NCBI GenBank assembly: GCA_963710945.1
Contig: CAVQCH010000003.1
Coordinates: 193,032 to 257,031 of the forward strand
Source: an uncultured Acidobacteriota bacterium
GTDB taxonomy: Bacteria > Acidobacteriota > Thermoanaerobaculia > UBA5066 > Gp7-AA6
Reading direction: 5' to 3'
Length of the DNA stretch: 64,000 bases
Part shown: one piece after another, positions 58,589 to 64,000 of the stretch
Layout of the letters: every line of letters starts with the position of its first letter
Numbering within the stretch: the stretch's first letter is position 1
The notes under the pieces: model-generated
The model's database searches: none
What the model was told of the DNA's origin: nothing
What the model saw: the letters and a program-made list of their open reading frames with translations, nothing else
Translations under genes and position numbers: made by a program

Positions 58589-59602
58589 GTGACGAACGTC
58601 GGCATCTTCGGCTTCGGGCGCATCGGCAGAAACCTCTTCCGCCTGCTCTTCGACCGCCAGGACATCCGGGTGGCCGCGATCAGCGACCTGGCCGAGGCCG
58701 CCGGCCTCGAGTACCTCCTCCGCTTCGACACGCTGCTCGGCCGTTTCCCCGAAAAGGTCTCGATCGCGGACGGCGTGCTCGACGTCGCCGGGCGCCGCAT
58801 CCCGGTCCTGGCCGGCAAGGACCAGCCCGCGGTGCCGCGCTGGGGCGACCTCGGCGTCCACACGGTGCTCGAGTCCACTTCGCGCGGCCGGACGCGGGCC
58901 GAGGTGGAGGCGCATCTGGCGGCCGGCGCGCGCCGCGTGATCCTCCTCTCTCCCCCGCTCGAAACGCCGGACATCACCGTCGTGATGGGAGTCAACGACG
59001 ACGCGATCGCTCCCGCCCACCGCATGGTGTCCAATGCGTCCTCTACCGTCCACTGCCTCGCCCCGGTCCTCACGATCCTCCATCAGGCGTTCGGCATCCG
59101 CCGCGCGAGCTTCACGACGATCCATTCCTACACGAGCGCCCACCGCCTGGCGGACGTGCCGACCGAGGACAAGCGCCGCGGACGGGCGGCCGCCGAGAAC
59201 ATCATTCCGCAGGCCTCGCGCTCGCCGGCCATGCTTCTCGACCTCCTGCCGGAGCTGCGCGGCCGGCTGACGGGCTACGCGATGAACGTGCCGGTCTCGA
59301 ACGGCTCGGTCGTCGACCTCGTCTGCTGGCACGAGCGCCCCGCGACCGCGGCCGCGATCAACGACGCGCTGCGCGCCGCCGCCGCGGCCGATCGGTGGCG
59401 CGGCGTTCTCGACTTCGAGGACGAGCCGATCGTGTCGTCGGACATCGCGCGGTCGCGCTTTTCGGCGACGTTCGACTCCCTCGCGACCATGACCCTCGGC
59501 GGCGGCGTCTCGAAGACGCTTTCCTGGTTCGACTCGGGATACGGCTACGCCTGCCGCGCCGTGGACCTCGTTGCGCGCTTTGCGGCGCTGGAGAAGACAT
59601 GA
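58589..59602 (+). CDS. GAPDH-fold paralogue lacking the catalytic cysteine (SNASSTVHC instead of SNASCTTNC)
   Basis: Intact 337 aa with a GTG start. The Rossmann motif GIFGFGRIGRN is retained. The active-site Cys position is Ser (TCT 59042-59044). TTG becomes QAS and AIRVP becomes AMNVP. ATGA overlap with the downstream gap. Confidence 0.85.
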   Translation: MTNVGIFGFGRIGRNLFRLLFDRQDIRVAAISDLAEAAGLEYLLRFDTLLGRFPEKVSIADGVLDVAGRRIPVLAGKDQPAVPRWGDLGVHTVLESTSRGRTRAEVEAHLAAGARRVILLSPPLETPDITVVMGVNDDAIAPAHRMVSNASSTVHCLAPVLTILHQAFGIRRASFTTIHSYTSAHRLADVPTEDKRRGRAAAENIIPQASRSPAMLLDLLPELRGRLTGYAMNVPVSNGSVVDLVCWHERPATAAAINDALRAAAAADRWRGVLDFEDEPIVSSDIARSRFSATFDSLATMTLGGGVSKTLSWFDSGYGYACRAVDLVARFAALEKT

Positions 59603-60609
59603 GCGCGGTCCGCGTCGGCATCAACGGGTTCGGCCGCATCGGCCGCAGCGTGTTCCGCATCCTGTCGGACCGCCCGGACATGGAAGTCGCGGTCGTCAAC
59701 GACCTCTTCGACAACGACCACCTCGCCTACCTCCTCCAGTACGACACCGTGATGGGCGTCTTCGACAAGCCGGTCGCGACGGACGCGACGAGCATGACGG
59801 TCGCCGGACGCCGCATCGTCATGACCGCCGAGAAGGATCCCGCGAAGATCCCCTGGGGCGCGCACGGCGTCGACGTCGTCATCGAGTCCACCGGCAAGAT
59901 CCTCCTGCGCGCGGCCCTCGAGAAGCACCTCGCGGCCGGCGCGAAGAAGGTCATCCTGACCGTCCCGGCCAAGGACGAGATCGACGCGACGATCGTCATG
60001 GGCGTCAACGACGGGACGCTCTCCCCCGCGCACCGCATCGTCTCGAACGCGTCCTGCACGACGAACTGCCTGGCGCCGATCGCGATGATCCTCGACGCGT
60101 CCTTCGGCATCGAGGAAGGTTTCATGACGACGGTGCACGCGTACACCAACGACCAGCGCCTGGCCGACGTGCCCCACAAGGACCTGCGACGCAGCCGCGC
60201 GGCCGCCGAGAACATCATCCCGACGACGACCGGCGCCGCCAAGGCGGTGGGCAAGGTGCTGCCGCGCCTGAAGGGAAAGCTCGACGGCATGGCCATCCGC
60301 GTCCCGGTGCCGGACGGCTCGATCGTGGACCTCACCTGCCGCATGGCGCGGCCGGTCTCGACCGCCGAGGTCCATGCCGCCGTGCGCGCCGCCGCCGAGG
60401 GGCCGCTCTCGCGCATCGTCGAGTACAGCGAGGTGCCGCTGGTGTCTTCCGACATCATCGGCAACCCGCACTCCTCGATTTTCGACGCGCTCTCGACCCA
60501 GTCGTCCGGAGACGAGTTCCTGAAGGTCCTCGCCTGGTACGACAACGAGTGGGGCTACTCGAACCGCGTCGTGGACCTCGTCGAGCGCCTGATGGCCGCC
60601 GGGGGCTGA
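59599..60609 (+). CDS. gap: Glyceraldehyde-3-phosphate dehydrogenase (type I, canonical motifs)
   Basis: Intact 336 aa. Motifs present are INGFGRIGR, SNASCTTNCLAP, TTVHAYT, TTGAAKAVGKVLP and WYDNEWGYS. Confidence 0.92.
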   Translation: MSAVRVGINGFGRIGRSVFRILSDRPDMEVAVVNDLFDNDHLAYLLQYDTVMGVFDKPVATDATSMTVAGRRIVMTAEKDPAKIPWGAHGVDVVIESTGKILLRAALEKHLAAGAKKVILTVPAKDEIDATIVMGVNDGTLSPAHRIVSNASCTTNCLAPIAMILDASFGIEEGFMTTVHAYTNDQRLADVPHKDLRRSRAAAENIIPTTTGAAKAVGKVLPRLKGKLDGMAIRVPVPDGSIVDLTCRMARPVSTAEVHAAVRAAAEGPLSRIVEYSEVPLVSSDIIGNPHSSIFDALSTQSSGDEFLKVLAWYDNEWGYSNRVVDLVERLMAAGG

Positions 60610-62024
60610 ACCTGGCGACGCTCGCGACGGCCCTCGCGGCCGCCGCCCTGCTCGCAGCGCCCGAGACCCTGGTTCCCGGCGGGATCGCCGAAAACGTCGT
60701 CTGCCGCGAAGCGCCCGGACAGAGCTACGCGCTCTACCTGCCTTCATCCTATTCGCGGGAGCGGCGCTGGCCGATTCTCTACCTGCTCGACGCGCGCGGG
60801 CGCGCCACGCGGCCGGTCGAGCGGTTCCGCGCCGCCGCCGAGAAGTACGGCTGGATCCTCGCCTCCTCGCGCCAGTCGCGCAGCGACACGAAGGACGACC
60901 CCAACACGCCCGCGCTCCGCGCCATGTGGGCGGACACGCACGCGCGCCTCTCGATCGACGACGCCCGCGTCTACCTCGCCGGTTTCTCGGGCACGGCGCG
61001 CGCGGCCGTCGCCCTCGCCCTCCGGGCGCCCGCCGCGGTCGCCGGCGTCGTCGGGTGCGGGGCCGGATGGCCGGAGGAGCTCCCGCCCGTACCGGAGCGG
61101 AAGTTCGCCTATTTCGGGACCGCGGGCGACCGGGATTTCAACTACGTCGAGATGCGCGCGCTCGATGCGGCCCTCGCCTCCGGGAACGCGCCGCATCGGA
61201 TCGAGTACTTTTCCGGCGGCCACGACTGGCCGCCGCCCGGCGTCGCGGCTGAGGCCATCGCCTGGATGGAGCTCCAAGCGATGAAGTCCGGCGTTCGCCG
61301 CCGCGACGATGCCGTCGTTGCCGCGCTCTTCGCCGCGGGTCTGGCCCGCGCGGATGCCCTCTCCGTCGGGGGCGACTCCGCCGACGCGTTTCTCCGCTAT
61401 GCGCAACTGGCCGACGACTTCCGGACGCTCGCCGAGGTCGCCGCCGCCGAGGAGAAGGCGCGCGCGCTCGGGCAGTCCGCCGCCGTCCGCCAGGCCCTCG
61501 GAGAAGCGGCCGACCGCGACGACCGCGAGCGCGCCTCGGTCCGCGCGATGGCGCTGACGCTCCACGCGGCGCTCGCCGCGCCCGACCCTCCGCTGCCGGC
61601 GGCCCTGGCGGCCGAGCTCGGCGTCCCGTCGCTCAAGCGCCGCGCGGCGTCGGGCTCGAGCGCGGAGCGAGCCGCCGCCGAGCGGATCCTCGCGAGCCTG
61701 CGCGTGCAGGTCTCCTTCTACCTGCCCGAGGAGCTCCTGGCGCGCGGCGACTACGCCCACGCGCGTCTTTGTTACGCGCTGGCGTCCGAGATCGACCCGG
61801 GCGATCCCGGCCCGGACTACGCGCTGGCCGCCGCGGAAGCGCGGGCGCGAGAGGTCCGCCGCGCGCTGAAGGCCCTGGACCGCACCGTCGAAAAAGGCTT
61901 CCGCGATCTCGCCGCGCTCGACGCCGATCCCGACTTCGCCGCGATCCGCGGGGACGCGAAATTCGAGGCGTGGCTCGCGGCGGCGCGGGCGCGCTATCCC
62001 GCGATCAGCCCTTCTCGGCCTTGA
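60549..62024 (+). CDS. Secreted esterase/depolymerase-like alpha/beta hydrolase with C-terminal TPR-like region (start uncertain)
   Basis: It reads ..LATLATALAAAALLAAPE.. YALYLPSSY..WPILYLLDARG.. YLAGFSGTA (GxSxG-like), followed by a helical repeat tail. The only in-frame canonical start is GTG 60549, inside gap. CTG 60606 is the alternative. Confidence 0.65.
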   Translation: MGLLEPRRGPRRAPDGRRGLNLATLATALAAAALLAAPETLVPGGIAENVVCREAPGQSYALYLPSSYSRERRWPILYLLDARGRATRPVERFRAAAEKYGWILASSRQSRSDTKDDPNTPALRAMWADTHARLSIDDARVYLAGFSGTARAAVALALRAPAAVAGVVGCGAGWPEELPPVPERKFAYFGTAGDRDFNYVEMRALDAALASGNAPHRIEYFSGGHDWPPPGVAAEAIAWMELQAMKSGVRRRDDAVVAALFAAGLARADALSVGGDSADAFLRYAQLADDFRTLAEVAAAEEKARALGQSAAVRQALGEAADRDDRERASVRAMALTLHAALAAPDPPLPAALAAELGVPSLKRRAASGSSAERAAAERILASLRVQVSFYLPEELLARGDYAHARLCYALASEIDPGDPGPDYALAAAEARAREVRRALKALDRTVEKGFRDLAALDADPDFAAIRGDAKFEAWLAAARARYPAISPSRP

Positions 62025-62463
62025 GGAAACGCTCCCGATAGGACGGCATCCGGGCCCGGATCACCTTCGCCCGCTCGGCGGCGCGCGGCACCATCGAGAT
62101 GGCCTTCTCGAGGTTCGCGAGCAGGCGCGGCTGCTGCAGCTCCTGGCGCAGCTGGGGAACGAATTCCTCGAGCTTCGCCCAGAGAAAGAGCGACTCGCCG
62201 CCCGAGTCGAAGAAGAGCTCGGGATGCAGGACGCCCTGGGCGACGAACGAGGAGGCCATCTCCCAGTAGCTCGTCACCATGCGGTAATTGGTGTTCTCGG
62301 CGCCCGCCCCGAGGGCGACGGCCTTGACGTCGTCGTACGACTGGGGAAAGAAGCGGGACAGGAACCATTCGCGCGCCTCCCGGAGCCGGTCCTCGCGGCG
62401 GAGCTCGTACAGGCGGAGCACGAGCTTGGCGTCCTCGTACGTCGGCGGAATCAGTGCGGCCAT
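62005..62463 (-). CDS. Conserved-looking hypothetical helical protein
   Basis: Intact 152-aa ORF with ordinary amino-acid composition (YEDAKLVLRLYELRRED..). I do not recognise a family. Confidence 0.55.
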   Translation of the reverse strand: MAALIPPTYEDAKLVLRLYELRREDRLREAREWFLSRFFPQSYDDVKAVALGAGAENTNYRMVTSYWEMASSFVAQGVLHPELFFDSGGESLFLWAKLEEFVPQLRQELQQPRLLANLEKAISMVPRAAERAKVIRARMPSYRERFLKAEKG

Positions 62464-62571
62464 CGCGACCTCCTCGAAATCAGGGAGTCGGATCTTACAA
62501 GAGGCGCGCCACGCTGCCGAGCGGCTCCGAGAGTCCCCGCTGGAAGGCGAGGATCGGCTGGTCGCCCCGCA

Positions 62572-63714
62572 CTAACGCGCGACGAGCACGGCGATCTCGT
62601 GCCCCTCGCTGCTCGAGACGATCGCGTCGGCCTTCCCGTCGCCGGTGAGATCCACCAGGAGGACCCGCTCCGGAGGGGCGGGAAGCGGCACCCGGACGAT
62701 CCGCGCGGCGGACAGTCCGTCCGGTCCGCCGAACGCCAGGGTGAGGTCCGAGCCGCCGTAGTCCGCGGAGGCGACATCGGCGAAGCCGTCGCCGTCGATG
62801 TCGCCGGCGGAAAGCTGAAAAGGCCCCCGGCCGGTCGGCAGGCGCGCGCCGATGCGGAAGCCGCCCCGCCCGTCGCCCAGCAGAAACGTGATCGCGTCGT
62901 CGCCGGGATCGGAGATCTGGCCGGAATAATTCGAGAATGCGAGATCCGGCTTGCCGTCGCGGTTCAGGTCGGCCACGTCCACGGTGAAGGGAGCCGGACC
63001 CGCGGCAATCGGGGCGCCCGCGAGAAAGCTGCCCCGCCCGTTCCCGACCAGGACCGTCACGACGCCGTCCCCGTAGCTCGGCGCGACGATGTCGCACCGG
63101 CCGTCCCCGTTGACGTCCCGGAGCTTCAGGTTGCGGTACGGCTTGCGGCCGACCGGGATCGGCGTTCCCGGCGCCTGAAAACCTCCCTTTCCGTCGTTGC
63201 GCAGGAGCGTCAGGGCGTTCTCGCCCCAGCTGTCGATCACCAGGTCGACCCAGCCGTCGCCGTCGACGTCGCACCCGTCGATCGTGTGGGGGTGGGGCTT
63301 GCTGTGGACGGTGAGCGGCGAGCCGGGCGCCGTGCGAAAGCCGCCCTTCCCGTCTCCCCGGAGGATCGTGACGTAGCTCGTGTCGTGGTTTGCAATCGCC
63401 AGATCGGAATGGCCGTCGCGATCGAAGTCCCCGACGAAGATCTCGGTCGGGTTCGAGCCGGCCGCGAACGACCCTCCCTTTCGCAGGCCGCCGCGCCCGT
63501 CGCCGAGCAGCACGAAGACGTCGTTGGTGCCGGCGCTCGCGACGACGACGTCGACGCGGCCGTCACCGTTGAAGTCTCCCGCGGCCAGGGCCTCGGGCCG
63601 CCGGGCGTCCCCCAGAGGAACGTGCGAAGCGGGGCCGAACGGCGGCGACGGCGCCACCCCGACGGACGCGGCGGCGGTGGCAAGGAGGACGGCGGCGGCA
63701 CGCCGGCCGCTCAC
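62572..63714 (-). CDS. Secreted FG-GAP/VCBS repeat (integrin-alpha-like 7-bladed propeller) protein
   Basis: 380 aa with a GTG start and a GTGA overlap with the upstream gene. There are seven D.(N/D).DG..D(L/V/I) Ca-binding-like repeats, including DFNGDGRVDVV, DFDRDGHSDLA and DVDGDGWVDLV. Confidence 0.85.
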   Translation of the reverse strand: MSGRRAAAVLLATAAASVGVAPSPPFGPASHVPLGDARRPEALAAGDFNGDGRVDVVVASAGTNDVFVLLGDGRGGLRKGGSFAAGSNPTEIFVGDFDRDGHSDLAIANHDTSYVTILRGDGKGGFRTAPGSPLTVHSKPHPHTIDGCDVDGDGWVDLVIDSWGENALTLLRNDGKGGFQAPGTPIPVGRKPYRNLKLRDVNGDGRCDIVAPSYGDGVVTVLVGNGRGSFLAGAPIAAGPAPFTVDVADLNRDGKPDLAFSNYSGQISDPGDDAITFLLGDGRGGFRIGARLPTGRGPFQLSAGDIDGDGFADVASADYGGSDLTLAFGGPDGLSAARIVRVPLPAPPERVLLVDLTGDGKADAIVSSSEGHEIAVLVAR

Positions 63715-64000
63715 TTCCCCTCGCGAAACACGTCGGCGTAATCGCGCGCGAACTGATGGAACGAGCGCGGTTTCGTCTTCGTGACCTCCGCCACGGTGTG
63801 CGTGACCCCCGCGCCGTAGCCCTCGCGAAACGACGCGGTCAGGATGATCATGTCGTCCGCGAGCCAGCGCGGGACGCCGTCCGCGATCATCTGCTTGCGG
63901 GCGTACTCGGGCGGCACGTGGACGTAGGTGACCTTCCGGCCGATCGCCTCCGAGATGGCGTCGGCCATCGCCTCGTACGACAGCGCCTCGGGCCCGGTCA
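63711..64000 (-). CDS. NmrA-like / NAD(P)-binding SDR-family protein, C-terminal part (5' end beyond window)
   Basis: It reads ..GPEALSYEAMADAISEAIGRKVTYVHVPPEYARKQMIADGVPRWLADDMIILTASFREGYG... The ORF is open to position 64000. Confidence 0.6.
   Translation of the reverse strand, partial: TGPEALSYEAMADAISEAIGRKVTYVHVPPEYARKQMIADGVPRWLADDMIILTASFREGYGAGVTHTVAEVTKTKPRSFHQFARDYADVFREGK

Noticed and set aside
1-64000. tRNA, rRNA, CRISPR arrays, integrase/transposase genes, toxin-antitoxin or known defence-system genes
   Set aside because: None recognised. All intergenic spaces are under about 215 nt and lack cloverleaf-like or regularly spaced repeat structure. No recombinase-like ORF is present in any frame that I could see.

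Overview
Very GC-rich (about 70% by eye) bacterial chromosomal window. The gene content looks Acidobacteriota-like, but that is a guess I cannot verify here. I support about 58 protein-coding genes or gene remnants and saw no rRNA, tRNA or CRISPR array. Most long ORFs in the supplied track are GC-driven shadow ORFs, Arg/Pro/Gly/Ala-rich and antisense or out of frame to conserved genes; I ignored those.

Layout:
- 1-9.4 kb: a kinase-TPR gene diverging from a head-to-tail array of three Ser/Thr-kinase/TM/PD40 beta-propeller paralogues, followed by a 99-nt relic of a fourth copy.
- 9.4-22.2 kb: a Tat-signal DUF4243-like gene, an ECF sigma/anti-sigma pair convergent with a secreted TPR-CHAT protease, then three large secreted repeat proteins. 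Two of these share an IPT + 3x Cys-containing SLH-like C-terminal module.
- 22.3-40.6 kb: mostly housekeeping or small operons, including an HhH-GPD glycosylase, a phosphoesterase, plsC-like/PLP dehydratase-like/OCD, crcB-DUF190, a MITE-like palindromic element, lspA, ChaN-PDZ, a long GreA-like protein, an enolase-superfamily enzyme, TauE, an ABC-2 exporter, a putative Ni transporter and a crotonase.
- 40.6-52.5 kb: a complete Hyb-type (group 1, membrane-bound) [NiFe]-hydrogenase locus, hybOABCD-hypA-hypB-Rieske-hypFCDE, on the minus strand.
- 52.7-64 kb: DinB, a roughly 1070-aa BNR/sortilin-like propeller, an alpha/beta hydrolase, a DmpA peptidase, a GAPDH-like paralogue lacking the catalytic Cys fused by ATGA to a canonical gap, an esterase-TPR protein, an FG-GAP propeller and a partial NmrA-like gene.

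A pervasive technical or biological signal is single-nucleotide indels, mostly +1 insertions. They are sporadic up to 36 kb and extremely dense between 40.6 and 56.5 kb, covering the hydrogenase/hyp genes and the BNR gene. Either this is an unpolished, insertion-biased assembly patch or the locus is decaying.

Many adjacent genes are coupled by ATGA, GTGA or TGATG overlaps.
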